A DNA stretch of 47,971 nt from a virus (taxonomy: Duplodnaviria > Heunggongvirae > Uroviricota > Caudoviricetes). Position numbers and translations under genes: made by a program. Under the pieces are notes generated by a model, which was not told where the DNA came from, made no database searches, and worked only from the letters and a program-made list of their open reading frames with translations. Within the stretch, counting starts at the first letter, position 1; every line of letters begins with the position of its first letter. The stretch is taken from the IMG/VR virus record IMGVR_UViG_2623620505_000002. One strand, written 5' to 3'. This document shows, one piece after another, positions 17,579 through 26,956 of the stretch.

Positions 17579-17954
17579 TATTCAGCAGGTTATGGAGCGG
17601 TGGGGAGCATGGGCTGCGAACAATCACGAAGATGTGTCATGGGCGTCAATCGCTGCTGGTTTTAAAGGATTAATCCCGCCGAAAGTGAAATCACGCCCTC
17701 AGTGTTCTGATGATGATGCAATGATAATTTGTGGCTGTATGGCCCGGTTGAACAAGAAAAATCAGGATTTGCACGATTTGTTGGTGGATTATTACGTAGG
17801 TGGAATGACTTTTATGGGGTTGGCACGAAAGCATGGGTGTTCGGATACCTGTATTGGCAAGCGCCTGCAGAAAGCGGAAGGGGTTATTGATGGCATGTTG
17901 ATGATGCTTGATATCCGACTGGAGATGGACAGATACGTAGAACGAATCATGTAG
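17568..17954 (+). CDS. Late-gene antiterminator Q
   Basis: 128-aa ORF overlapping the rusA stop; Cys-rich (ICGCMARL ... CSDTC); followed by a promoter-terminator pair typical of PR'/tR'. Confidence 0.65.
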
Positions 17955-17958
17955 GAGC

Positions 17959-17988
17959 TTGACCAGACACATTGTCCGGGGCTATATT
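17959..17988 (+). promoter_or_regulatory. Candidate late promoter PR'
   Basis: TTGACC (17959-17964), 18-nt spacer, TATATT (17983-17988); followed by hairpins CGCCAGcaaaatCTGGCG and TCGGGAttggcgTCCCGA. Confidence 0.4.
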
Positions 17989-18047
17989 CCTCACGCGCCA
18001 GCAAAATCTGGCGTCGGGATTGGCGTCCCGGATGAAAAAGGCGACAA

Positions 18048-18072
18048 CAGACGCGCCAGCGTCTTTTTTATT
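18048..18072 (+). terminator. Rho-independent terminator, tR'-like
   Basis: GACGC gcca GCGTC followed by TTTTTTATT, about 90 nt downstream of the candidate PR'. Confidence 0.55.
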
Positions 18073-18227
18073 GTCGTTTGCACTGTCACATCTCAATGGT
18101 GGGCTGTGTGGGGGCGGAGCGATCCGCGCCGGTTCCTTTTTCCCGGTTACGCCAACCCTGCACAGTTCACCACCATACTGATTGGCGTCAGCAGTGGTGA
18201 TGATTCACATAGAAAAAGGATCATCCT

Positions 18228-18716
18228 ATGGCTATTCAAATCTCAATTGAAACTCTTTCCCCGATCACTCATAACCAAATCCCTGTCATTACTACCGAGC
18301 TTTTGGCACAACTTTATGGCACCGAAACTAATAACATCAAAGTGAACTATACACGCAATGCCGAGCGTTTTGTTTGTGGGAAACACTACTTCAAATTGGA
18401 AGGGGCTGAGTTGCGGGAATTTAAGAACAAGGTTACTCAAAGTAACTTAGTTGCACCGCGTACAAAGCACCTCATCCTCTGGACAGAACGCGGAGCAGCC
18501 CGTCACGCCAAAATGCTGGAAACCGATCAGGCGTGGGAAGTGTTCGAAAAACTGGAAGACTGTTATTTCAGCCAAAAACAACCACCAGCAGCACAAAACA
18601 CCCCAACCCAAAATGATGGATGCGCATTACTGATCCACTTCGATAAACACGGTCAGGTCGACTTCACGGAAAAACTACCCGCCGATGCGATGGTATGCAC
18701 TCTGGAACGGTTTTAA
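18228..18716 (+). CDS. ORF6N-domain protein (antirepressor-type DNA-binding domain)
   Basis: 162 aa; N-terminal segment TTELLAQLYGTETNNIKVNYTRNAERFVCGKHYFKLEG resembles ORF6N/KilA-N class; AAGGA RBS. Confidence 0.55.
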   Translation: MAIQISIETLSPITHNQIPVITTELLAQLYGTETNNIKVNYTRNAERFVCGKHYFKLEGAELREFKNKVTQSNLVAPRTKHLILWTERGAARHAKMLETDQAWEVFEKLEDCYFSQKQPPAAQNTPTQNDGCALLIHFDKHGQVDFTEKLPADAMVCTLERF

Positions 18717-18791
18717 AAATTTTCCCCGAACGCTTTACGATCGTAAAAAGTTGAATATCCTGTTAAGAGTGGTTACTACGCCAAACAGCTT

Positions 18792-18818
18792 AAACCCGCC
18801 ACTGAGCGGGTTTTTTTA
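18792..18818 (+). terminator. Rho-independent terminator after the ORF6N gene
   Basis: CCCGCC actga GCGGG followed by TTTTTTT. Confidence 0.55.
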
Positions 18819-18939
18819 TGCCTGAAAAACGGTACAGGACGTTAAACGCGCTGGTAGTTGCGAATACTGGTCTTTCGGCTTGTATTTTTGTAAATCGATA
18901 TATACTTATCTTGTGACCAGTAATGTCAGGGCAATTGAT

Positions 18940-19683
18940 ATGAATGAAGCTTGTTCTGTTGTTTTTGTTCATTCCCCGTTTGTTGTGCTCTTTGAAGGAA
19001 AAGAGCTCTCTCTGGAAAGTGGTAGTGCACTTCTTGTCAGGGGGGGAGCTGGATCGTTATTGCCCTTTTCGGAATGTTTTCGGCGAATAAGTCTCAGTGA
19101 ATCGACAATTATCCGTTACCTGTTGTGTGGAGACGAAAAACAGGATGTAGTTTTAGTCCGGCAAATACCACGATATCTTTGCGTGAGTTTTCCCAAGGCA
19201 GAATTGATGGGCATCCTGATTGATTATCTTTGTGAGGAAAAGATTCATACGGACAATTTAGCGGAAATGCTTTCCTTTTCGTGTCTGGCGTTTTTCTCAT
19301 CAGAGAAAATGTTTTCGTCGTTTCTGACCGCGTGTATTGGCAATATTAGTGACAGGCTTAGTGCATTGTTTCGTACGGACATTGCAGCAAACTGGACTCT
19401 GAGAGATGTGTCTTCGCGGTTATGTATCAGTGAAAGTTTGTTAAAAAAAAGACTGAAAGAAGAAGGCACCTGTTTCAGTGAGTTGTTGCTTACAGAGAGA
19501 ATGAGAATGGCAGCAATGCTGTTGAATCAATCTCGTTGCGCCATCAACAGAATCGCTGCTCAGTGTGGCTATAATTTTACATCTTATTTTATCAGCGTAT
19601 TCAGGAGTTATTTTGGTGTTACACCGGCAGGTTACAGGATGGCTGCATTCAATGAGATGAGTTTAGGTGTTACTCAAGAATAA
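18940..19683 (+). CDS. AraC/XylS-family transcriptional regulator (prophage cargo)
   Basis: 248 aa from the internal Met; C-terminal AraC-type double HTH (WTLRDVSSRLCISESLLKKRLK ... AINRIAAQCGYNFTSYFISVFRSYFGVTPAGYR); AT-rich. Confidence 0.8.
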   Translation: MNEACSVVFVHSPFVVLFEGKELSLESGSALLVRGGAGSLLPFSECFRRISLSESTIIRYLLCGDEKQDVVLVRQIPRYLCVSFPKAELMGILIDYLCEEKIHTDNLAEMLSFSCLAFFSSEKMFSSFLTACIGNISDRLSALFRTDIAANWTLRDVSSRLCISESLLKKRLKEEGTCFSELLLTERMRMAAMLLNQSRCAINRIAAQCGYNFTSYFISVFRSYFGVTPAGYRMAAFNEMSLGVTQE

Positions 19684-19706
19684 TTGAATTTTGCACTCAT
19701 TGAAAA

Positions 19707-19733
19707 CAGGCTCGCTGCGGCGGGCCTTTTTTA
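19707..19733 (+). terminator. Terminator after the AraC-family gene
   Basis: GGCTCGC tgcg GCGGGCC (one mismatch) followed by TTTTTT. Confidence 0.45.
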
Positions 19734-19821
19734 TATCCGCGCCACGTCCGGCGCACATCACATCAGATAACACCACACAAAAGGTATCTGCGGGTGCCTT
19801 TGACGGGGTGTTGTTTTTTTA

Positions 19822-19848
19822 CGGGCCGACAGTGGCCCTTTTTTATTT
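19822..19848 (+). terminator. Terminator immediately upstream of the lysis genes
   Basis: GGGCC gacagt GGCCC followed by TTTTTTATTT. Confidence 0.55.
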
Positions 19849-19862
19849 ACAGGAGAAAAAGT

Positions 19863-20255
19863 ATGTCTGAACCCTTATCCGGTTCCGGCACGGCTGCGGC
19901 GCTCGGCGGGGCGACGGTATTCGGGCTGTTTACCGGAACGGATTTCGGGATTGTGTTTGGCGCATTTGCCGGGGCGCTGTTTGTGGCCACAATGCCGCAG
20001 GCACTATCTGCCTGGCGTGTGGCAGCGCATTTTCTGGTGTCGTTTATCGTTGGCGTGCTGGGTGCGCATGTGCTGTCAGCCTGGATTGCATCAAAAACAG
20101 GTTATGACGGTACATCGGCGGATGCACTGTGTGCGGTGCTGGTGGCGGTGGTGTCGGTGAAGATTCTCTCGTTCATCCACCAGCAGGATATTGCATCGCT
20201 GGTGTCCGGCCTGTTCTCCCGCCTGCGGGGTGGAGGAGGCGGCAATGTTAAGTAA
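19863..20255 (+). CDS. Holin-like membrane protein
   Basis: 130 aa with three or four hydrophobic helices; AGGAGA RBS; first gene of the lysis cassette. Confidence 0.5.
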   Translation: MSEPLSGSGTAAALGGATVFGLFTGTDFGIVFGAFAGALFVATMPQALSAWRVAAHFLVSFIVGVLGAHVLSAWIASKTGYDGTSADALCAVLVAVVSVKILSFIHQQDIASLVSGLFSRLRGGGGGNVK

Positions 20256-20523
20256 CCTTCCCGGATTGCTGAATGTGGCGTTATGCACGGTTATCGTGCT
20301 GACGCTCTTTTTTTATCGTCGTCGTGATTCCAGACATAAACCGCTGATGTCATGGCTGGCCTGGTTGCTGATGCTGCTGTATGCCTTTGCGCCCCTCAGC
20401 TATCTGTGTGGTCGCCCGTTAGCAACGGGCTGGCTGGAAGTGTTTTTTAACCTGCTGTTCTGCGTGCTGGTGGTTCGTGCTCGTGGGAACGTTTCAAAAA
20501 TCTTTGTATTACGAAGGCGCTGA
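20245..20523 (+). CDS. Second small membrane protein of the lysis cassette (holin/antiholin candidate)
   Basis: 92 aa; GGAGGAGG RBS; two or three hydrophobic helices; overlaps the previous gene by 11 nt. Confidence 0.45.
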   Translation: MLSNLPGLLNVALCTVIVLTLFFYRRRDSRHKPLMSWLAWLLMLLYAFAPLSYLCGRPLATGWLEVFFNLLFCVLVVRARGNVSKIFVLRRR

Positions 20524-20524
20524 G

Positions 20525-21070
20525 ATGAAGTCGAAAGATGAAATTTTTGATGCTGTTCTTGGCAAAGAGGGCGGCTACGTCAACCACCCTGATGATAAAG
20601 GTGGTCCGACTAAATGGGGCATTACTGGAAAAGTTGCCCGTGCACACGGTTATCAGGGGGATATTCGTGACCTGACGCGTGGGCAGGCCCTCGAAATTCT
20701 TGAAGCGGACTACTGGTACGGGCCACGTTTTCACAAGGTTGCGAGCCTGTCTCCGGAGATCGCTGCTGAATTGTGTGATACCGGCGTAAACATGGGGCCG
20801 TCAGTGGCATCCAGAATGCTTCAGCGCTGGCTTAATGTATTTAACCAGAAAGGAGAGTTGTATCCGGACATTGATGCAGATGGTTGTATCGGCCCACGTA
20901 CCATTAATGCGTTACGCGCCTATTTGTCAAAACGTGGCAGGGATGGTGAGTTGGTGATTCTGACAGCGCTAAACTGTACGCAGGGAGATCGCTACCTTGA
21001 ACTGGCAGAAAAACGTGAGGCTAATGAATCGTTCGTGTATGGCTGGATGAAAGAGCGCGTGGTGGTGTAG
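20525..21070 (+). CDS. Endolysin, glycoside hydrolase family 108 with peptidoglycan-binding domain
   Basis: 181 aa; N-terminal EGGYVNHPDDKGGPTKWGIT matches the GH108 signature; follows the holin-like genes. Confidence 0.75.
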   Translation: MKSKDEIFDAVLGKEGGYVNHPDDKGGPTKWGITGKVARAHGYQGDIRDLTRGQALEILEADYWYGPRFHKVASLSPEIAAELCDTGVNMGPSVASRMLQRWLNVFNQKGELYPDIDADGCIGPRTINALRAYLSKRGRDGELVILTALNCTQGDRYLELAEKREANESFVYGWMKERVVV

Positions 21071-21387
21071 TTGGCATTAATGAGGCCAGTAAATCCAACC
21101 TGCGGTTAGCTTGTTATTAGACTTACCGAACAAGAAAAACGACTGGAGAAAGAGTTCGGTTTTTATACCAAACAAAGAGGAGAATATGAATCAGTGAGTA
21201 CAGAGAAAAATCCTCGGCAGATCGTATAAATCTTCTTTTAAAGCCGTCCGTTATGAAAGGAATAGAAAAGAAAGTAACTGCACGTCTTTATGTGACACGG
21301 TCTGCTTTTGCTATTTTTCTTTTGGAGGTTGTTATTTGCGCATCAAGTGCAGATAGAGTTGCCCATCGAGATGGGCAACTTATGATA

Positions 21388-21681
21388 TTATTGTGAGCAA
21401 TATACCCGAGCTTCCAGCGGAGTATAAATGCCGAAAGTGATAAAACCGAGCAATCCATTTACGAATGTTTGCTGGGTTTCAGTCTTAACAACTTTTTCTG
21501 CGCCACCACAAATTTTGGCTGCATCGACAGTTTTCTTCTGACCAATTCCAGAAACGAAGAAATGATGAGTGATGGTTTCCTTCGGTGTTACTGTTGTCGG
21601 TTGGTTTTCAACAGTAAACGTCTGTTGAGCACATCCAGAGATAAGCAGGGCCAGCGTGAAAGTGAGTAGCGTTTTTTTCAT
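21388..21681 (-). CDS. bor: Bor lipoprotein (Bor/Iss serum-resistance family)
   Basis: 97 aa; near-identical by eye to lambda Bor, including the LISGC lipobox. Confidence 0.9.
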   Translation of the reverse strand: MKKTLLTFTLALLISGCAQQTFTVENQPTTVTPKETITHHFFVSGIGQKKTVDAAKICGGAEKVVKTETQQTFVNGLLGFITFGIYTPLEARVYCSQ

Positions 21682-21905
21682 AGTGTTATTCCCGTTGTGT
21701 TTTTAAGGTTGTTGAATCGTATTTGTAGAAATTTAAACAAAACCTAAACAATGAGTTGAAATCTCATATTTTTAATGTTTATTAAAGTATGCCAGATGTG
21801 CTGTATTTTCATTGTATTCCCGGATTAACTATGTCCTCAGTACCGACTGGTAACTCCTGTGTGGGAGTGCCGGATAGTGAGGGGGATTAAACCGGGCGAT
21901 ATGGT

Positions 21906-22316
21906 TTAGCGTGGAAAAAATTGTGTCGTGTTCTGAATGCTTTCGGTAAACAATAATGAGTTGTCAAAGGTATAGTAATACCTTTTGTGTTCATGGACAT
22001 TTGTAACCCATCGGAAAACTCCAGCCTTAGCCAGATTTTCCCTGTATTCATGAAATGTGATTTCTCTTGATTTCAACTTATGAGAGTAAGTTTCTATAAG
22101 TCGCGTGTCTCTGCGAAATTTAACATTCACAACCTCCTCAAGTCCTTTTATTAACACTGCGTTATCATTTTTCAATACAACGTGAATATTACCTGTGGCT
22201 AAATAGTAAATGTAATGTGAGACATTGTGACGTTTTAGTTCAGAGTAAAATCGGTCACAGTTTAAATCTTTCCGCACTTGATCAAATATTTCTTTAAAAA
22301 TGGCAACCTGAGCCAT
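21906..22316 (-). CDS. YbcV-like protein (DUF1398 class)
   Basis: 136 aa; position after bor as in DLP12; sequence identity recalled, not verified. Confidence 0.55.
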   Translation of the reverse strand: MAQVAIFKEIFDQVRKDLNCDRFYSELKRHNVSHYIYYLATGNIHVVLKNDNAVLIKGLEEVVNVKFRRDTRLIETYSHKLKSREITFHEYRENLAKAGVFRWVTNVHEHKRYYYTFDNSLLFTESIQNTTQFFPR

Positions 22317-22469
22317 CAGTATAACCTTGTATATGATATGGGGTGCGTAGTCTGCATGAGAGCTTTTAATACTGCAATCTGGTCAGATGTCTTTATCCTG
22401 TGTGGATGATAATTGATCTTACCCAGCAATAGTGGACACGCGGCTAAGTGAGTAAACTCTCAGTCAGAG

Positions 22470-22778
22470 GTGACTCACATGACAAAAACAGTATCAACCA
22501 GTAAAAAACCCCGTAAACAGCATTCGCCTGAATTTCGCAGTGAAGCCCTGAAGCTTGCTGAACGCATCGGTGTTACTGCCGCAGCCCGTGAACTCAGCCT
22601 GTATGAATCACAGCTCTACAACTGGCGCAGTAAACAGCAAAATCAGCAGACGTCTTCTGAACGTGAACTGGAGATGTCTACCGAGATTGCACGTCTCAAA
22701 CGCCAGCTGGCAGAACGGGATGAAGAGCTGGCTGTCCTCCAAAAGGCCGCGACATACTTCGCGAAGCGCCTGAAATAA
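22470..22778 (+). CDS. insE: IS3 transposase OrfA
   Basis: Product matches IS3 InsE by eye ([32 protein letters not shown]...). Confidence 0.9.
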   Translation: MTHMTKTVSTSKKPRKQHSPEFRSEALKLAERIGVTAAARELSLYESQLYNWRSKQQNQQTSSERELEMSTEIARLKRQLAERDEELAVLQKAATYFAKRLK

Positions 22779-23641
22779 AGTATGTCTTTATTGAAAAACA
22801 TCAGGCTGAGTTCAGCATCAAAGCAATGTGCCGCGTGCTCCGGGTGGCCCGCAGCGGCTGGTATACGTGGTGTCAGCGGCGGACAAGGATAAGCACGCGT
22901 CAGCAGTTCCGCCAACACTGCGACAGCGTTGTCCTCGCGGCTTTTACCCGGTCAAAACAGCGTTACGGTGCCCCACACCTGACGGATGAACTGCGTGCTC
23001 AGGGTTACCCCTTTAACGTAAAAACCGTGGCGGCAAGCCTGCGCCGTCAGGGACTGAGGGCAAAGGCCTCCCGGAAGTTCAGCCCGGTCAGCTACCGTGC
23101 ACACGGCCTGCCTGTGTCAGAAAATCTGTTGGAGCAGGATTTTTACGCCAGTGGCCCGAACCAGAAGTGGGCAGGAGACATCACGTACTTACGTACAGAT
23201 GAAGGCTGGCTGTATCTGGCAGTGGTCATTGACCTGTGGTCACGTGCCGTTATTGGCTGGTCAATGTCGCCACGCATGACGGCGCAACTGGCCTGCGATG
23301 CCCTGCAGATGGCGCAGTGGCGGCGTAAGAGGCCCCGGAACGTTATCGTTCACACGGACCGTGGAGGCCAGTACTGTTCAGCAGATTATCAGGCGCAACT
23401 GAAGCGGCATAATCTGCGTGGAAGTATGAGCGCAAAAGGTTGCTGCTACGATAATGCCTGCGTGGAAAGCTTCTTTCATTCGCTGAAAGTGGAATGTATC
23501 CATGGAGAACACTTTATCAGCCGGGAAATAATGCGGGCAACGGTGTTTAATTATATCGAATGTGATTACAATCGGTGGCGGCGGCACAGTTGGTGTGGCG
23601 GCCTCAGTCCGGAACAATTTGAAAACCAGAACCTCGCTTAG
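22775..23641 (+). CDS. insF: IS3 transposase OrfB (DDE integrase domain), expressed by -1 frameshift from orfA; start approximate
   Basis: Frame overlapping the orfA 3' end; DDE-domain sequence (WAGDITY ... HTDRGGQY ... DNACVESFF). Confidence 0.85.
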   Translation: MKYVFIEKHQAEFSIKAMCRVLRVARSGWYTWCQRRTRISTRQQFRQHCDSVVLAAFTRSKQRYGAPHLTDELRAQGYPFNVKTVAASLRRQGLRAKASRKFSPVSYRAHGLPVSENLLEQDFYASGPNQKWAGDITYLRTDEGWLYLAVVIDLWSRAVIGWSMSPRMTAQLACDALQMAQWRRKRPRNVIVHTDRGGQYCSADYQAQLKRHNLRGSMSAKGCCYDNACVESFFHSLKVECIHGEHFISREIMRATVFNYIECDYNRWRRHSWCGGLSPEQFENQNLA

Positions 23642-23747
23642 GCCTGTGTCCATATTACGTGGGTAGGATCAAATTGTCAGAGATTATGAGGTTTTTTTAA
23701 CCTATGGAATTACCGGAAGGTGCGAAAATTACAAAGTAAGAAGCGTT

Positions 23748-23780
23748 ATAGAAGTCCTTCATACAGTGAAGGACTTCTAT
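23748..23780. repeat. Perfect 14-bp-stem inverted repeat between IS3 and cos
   Basis: ATAGAAGTCCTTCA tacag TGAAGGACTTCTAT. Confidence 0.5.
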
Positions 23781-24136
23781 AATCTTAGAAATAAAAAAAC
23801 CGGTCATAGGGAGCTACACAGAACCGGTCGGCGAAGATCGCCAATACCACCCATGCATCGATACAACATACTACTGACAATAGCTGCTATTGATGTAAAA
23901 GCAATGTTATGCATCGATGAAAATAAAAAACCGGCAGGGGAAATCCATTGAAGATTTGCCGGTGGCAAAAGTAGCCAATGCTTTTATAACCGTAGTCGCA
24001 GAGTTATGAAGTGCAACACCGAATGCTGTCGGTATATGACTGAATGGTGTTTCAATGATGTACATCATTCCTACTGTAAATGTAATTAATAATAACTCTA
24101 TTTGTACGGGTCCTTCCGGTGGGGTGGTCTGCCACG

Positions 24137-24148
24137 GGGCGGCGACCT
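24137..24148 (+). other. cos cohesive-end site (cosN); cosB-like tract follows up to the nu1 start
   Basis: GGGCGGCGACCT identical to the lambda 12-nt cohesive end; about 170 nt upstream of nu1. Confidence 0.8.
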
Positions 24149-24317
24149 CGCGCGTTTTCACTATTTATGAAAATTTTTCGGGAAAAAGTAGATCCGTTCT
24201 TCTTCTTTTTAACTGATTGATTATCAATAGAATATTAAAAATATAAAAGGATCTGACAAAGGCTGTTTTTGTCCGAAAACGCCATTTTCAGATCCTTTCT
24301 GGTTTCCGGATGAGTGT

Positions 24318-24866
24318 ATGAACGTCAATAAGAAAAAACTGGCCGATATTTTTGGCGTTGATGTCAGGACTATCACCGCCTGGCAGAGTCAGGGGGTACC
24401 ACTAGTTTCTGGTGGAGGGAAAGGGACTGAATCAGTTTTTGATACAACTGCTGCCATTCAGTGGTATGCGCAGCGCGAAGCTGATATTGAAAACGAAAAA
24501 CTCCGTAAAGAGGTCGAGGATTTGAGGGCTGCCAGCGAATCAGACCTTCAGCCCGGCACCATTGATTACGAACGTTACCGACTGACGAAGGCACAGGCAG
24601 ATGCACAGGAACTGAAAAATGCCCGCGACAGTGGGCAGGTCATTGATACAGGGTTTTGCCTTTTTGCTCTGGGAAGACTGGCACAGGAGATCTCTGCCAT
24701 TCTTGACTCCATTCCATTGTCCATGCAGAGACAGTTTTCGGCACTGACGCCCGCTATGCTTGATTTCCTGAAAACCGATATAGCAAAGGCGGCAAACCGA
24801 TGCGCATCAACGGCAGAGAAGTTACCGGAGATGCTGGATGAATACCTCAGAGAAGCAGCTAAATAA
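24318..24866 (+). CDS. nu1: Terminase small subunit Nu1
   Basis: 182 aa; strong identity by eye to lambda Nu1. Confidence 0.9.
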   Translation: MNVNKKKLADIFGVDVRTITAWQSQGVPLVSGGGKGTESVFDTTAAIQWYAQREADIENEKLRKEVEDLRAASESDLQPGTIDYERYRLTKAQADAQELKNARDSGQVIDTGFCLFALGRLAQEISAILDSIPLSMQRQFSALTPAMLDFLKTDIAKAANRCASTAEKLPEMLDEYLREAAK

Positions 24867-26766
24867 CTTTGCTGTTGTTTGTGGAGTGGCACTTCGTGGG
24901 CTTTTACGCCCACTGCCTGTAACCACCGTTGAATGGGCCGATCAAAATTATTATTTGCCCCCGGAGTCCTCTTATCTTGCTGGGCGGTGGAAGACGTTGC
25001 CATTTCAGGTGGCAATAATGAACTGCATGGGTAATGACCGGATCCGCACGATTAATCTTATAAAATCAGCTCGAGTCGGTTACACCAAAATGCTGATGGG
25101 CGTTATTGGTTACTTTATTGAGCATAAAAACCGTAACAGTCTTCTGTTTCAGCCTACGGATTCTGCCGCTGAAGATTTTATGAAGTCTCATGTGGAGTCA
25201 ACATTACGGGATGTTCCCTGTCTGAAAATTCTTTCCCCCTGGCTGGGACGTAAGCACCGGGATAACACGCTGACATTAAAAAGATTCACTTCCCGTGTGG
25301 GTTTCTGGTGCCTGGGTGGTGCTGCCGCCAAAAACTACCGTGAAAAATCCGTGGATGTGGTCTGCTATGACGAACTTTCCTCGTTCGAGCCGGATGTTGA
25401 AAAAGAGGGCTCGCCAACCCTGCTGGGGGATAAGCGTATTGAGGGCTCTGTATGGCCAAAATCCATTCGCGGCTCGACGCCTAAAATAAAAGGCTCCTGC
25501 CAGATCGAAAAAGCGGCCAACGAGTCGGCGCATTTCATGCGTTTTTATGTGCCCTGCCCGCACTGTGGGGAGGAGCAGTATCTGAAATTTGGCGATGAAT
25601 CCACGCCTTTTGGCCTTAAATGGGAGAAGGACAGCCCAGAAAGCGTTTTCTACCTCTGTGAACATCATGGCTGCGTGATCCATCAGTCTGAGCTTGACCA
25701 GAGCAACGGGCGGTGGATCTGTGAAAACACGGGCATGTGGACCCGTGACGGTCTGATGTTTTTCAGCGACCGGGGTGATGAAATTCCGCCGCCGCGCTCC
25801 ATCACTTTCCATATCTGGACGGCGTACAGTCCGTTCACCACCTGGGTACAGATTGTCTATGACTGGCTGGATGCACTGAAAGATCCCAACGGCCTGAAAA
25901 CCTTTGTGAACACCACGCTGGGCGAGACCTGGGAAGAGGCCGTGGGCGAAAAACTCGATCACCAGGTACTGATGGATAAGGTTGTGCGTTACACGGCGGC
26001 GGTGCCTGCCCGGGTGGTTTATCTGACGGCGGGCATTGACTCGCAGCGAAACCGTTTTGAGATGTATGTCTGGGGATGGGCTCCGGGAGAGGAAGCCTTT
26101 CTGGTGGATAAAATCATCATTATGGGGCGTCCCGATGAGGAAGAGACGCTGTTACGTGTGGATGCGGCGATCAACAAAAAATACCGCCATGCAGACGGAA
26201 CCGAAATGACTATTTCCCGTGTCTGCTGGGACATCGGGGGGATCGATGGAGAAATCGTTTATCAGAGGTCAAAAAAACACGGTGTTTTCCGGGTGCTGCC
26301 GGTAAAAGGCGCATCTGTCTATGGCAAGCCGGTGATCACCATGCCAAAAACCCGCAATCAGCGGGGCGTGTATCTGTGTGAAGTGGGGACGGACACCGCA
26401 AAAGAAATTCTCTATGCCCGTATGAAAGCCGATCCCACGCCTGTGGATGAAGCCACGTCGTATGCCATCCGTTTTCCTGATGATCCGGAGATTTTTTCGC
26501 AGACAGAGGCGCAGCAACTGGTCGCGGAAGAGCTTGTGGAGAAGTGGGAAAAAGGAAAGATGCGTCTGCTGTGGGATAACAAAAAGCGGCGTAACGAAGC
26601 GCTGGACTGCCTGGTGTATGCCTACGCGGCATTACGTGTGTCCGTGCAACGCTGGCAGCTTGATCTGGCTGTACTGGCAAAATCCCGGGAAGAAGAGACG
26701 ACCCGGCCAACCCTGAAAGAACTGGCAGCGAAGCTGTCCGGAGGAGTGAATGGTTACAGTCGCTGA
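24838..26766 (+). CDS. A: Terminase large subunit A
   Basis: 642 aa; collinear with lambda gpA, including the Walker A-like [11 protein letters not shown] segment. Confidence 0.95.
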   Translation: MNTSEKQLNNFAVVCGVALRGLLRPLPVTTVEWADQNYYLPPESSYLAGRWKTLPFQVAIMNCMGNDRIRTINLIKSARVGYTKMLMGVIGYFIEHKNRNSLLFQPTDSAAEDFMKSHVESTLRDVPCLKILSPWLGRKHRDNTLTLKRFTSRVGFWCLGGAAAKNYREKSVDVVCYDELSSFEPDVEKEGSPTLLGDKRIEGSVWPKSIRGSTPKIKGSCQIEKAANESAHFMRFYVPCPHCGEEQYLKFGDESTPFGLKWEKDSPESVFYLCEHHGCVIHQSELDQSNGRWICENTGMWTRDGLMFFSDRGDEIPPPRSITFHIWTAYSPFTTWVQIVYDWLDALKDPNGLKTFVNTTLGETWEEAVGEKLDHQVLMDKVVRYTAAVPARVVYLTAGIDSQRNRFEMYVWGWAPGEEAFLVDKIIIMGRPDEEETLLRVDAAINKKYRHADGTEMTISRVCWDIGGIDGEIVYQRSKKHGVFRVLPVKGASVYGKPVITMPKTRNQRGVYLCEVGTDTAKEILYARMKADPTPVDEATSYAIRFPDDPEIFSQTEAQQLVAEELVEKWEKGKMRLLWDNKKRRNEALDCLVYAYAALRVSVQRWQLDLAVLAKSREEETTRPTLKELAAKLSGGVNGYSR

Positions 26767-26956
26767 ACTGCAGGCGCTGCGTCAGGCGCGCCTTGATTTA
26801 TTAACCGGTAAACGGGTGGTGTCTGTCCAGAAAGATGGTCGCAGAATTGAATATACGGCGGCTTCTCTGGATGAGCTTAACCGGGCGATCAATGATGCGG
26901 AGTCGGTACTGGGGACAACCCGGCGTCGCCGTCGTCCGCTGGGAGTGAGGTTATGA
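26750..26956 (+). CDS. W: Head-tail joining protein W
   Basis: 68 aa; similar to lambda gpW (LTGKRVVSVQKDGRRIEYTA). Confidence 0.85.
   Translation: MVTVAELQALRQARLDLLTGKRVVSVQKDGRRIEYTAASLDELNRAINDAESVLGTTRRRRRPLGVRL

Larger units (their letters stand above)
22414..23671 (+). mobile_element. IS3 insertion sequence, complete (1258 bp) with 3-bp AAT target-site duplication
   Basis: Left end TGATCTTACCCAGCAATAGTGGACACGCGG; right end ...TGGGTAGGATCA; AAT at 22411-22413 and 23672-23674; orfA/orfB inside. Confidence 0.9.

Noticed and set aside
17959-18345. 128-aa and 69-aa plus-strand ORFs downstream of Q
   Set aside because: They span the promoter, hairpins and tR'-like terminator and run into the ORF6N gene in another frame; no RBS; better explained as non-coding late regulatory region
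21071-21387. Possible Rz/Rz1 spanin genes after the endolysin
   Set aside because: Only short broken reading frames are present; no intact ORF with signal peptide or lipobox could be read, so not called as a feature
23766-24161. 61-aa plus-strand and 84-aa minus-strand ORFs between IS3 and cos
   Set aside because: They overlap the hairpin/repeat cluster and the cos site itself, lack RBSs, and have low-complexity products
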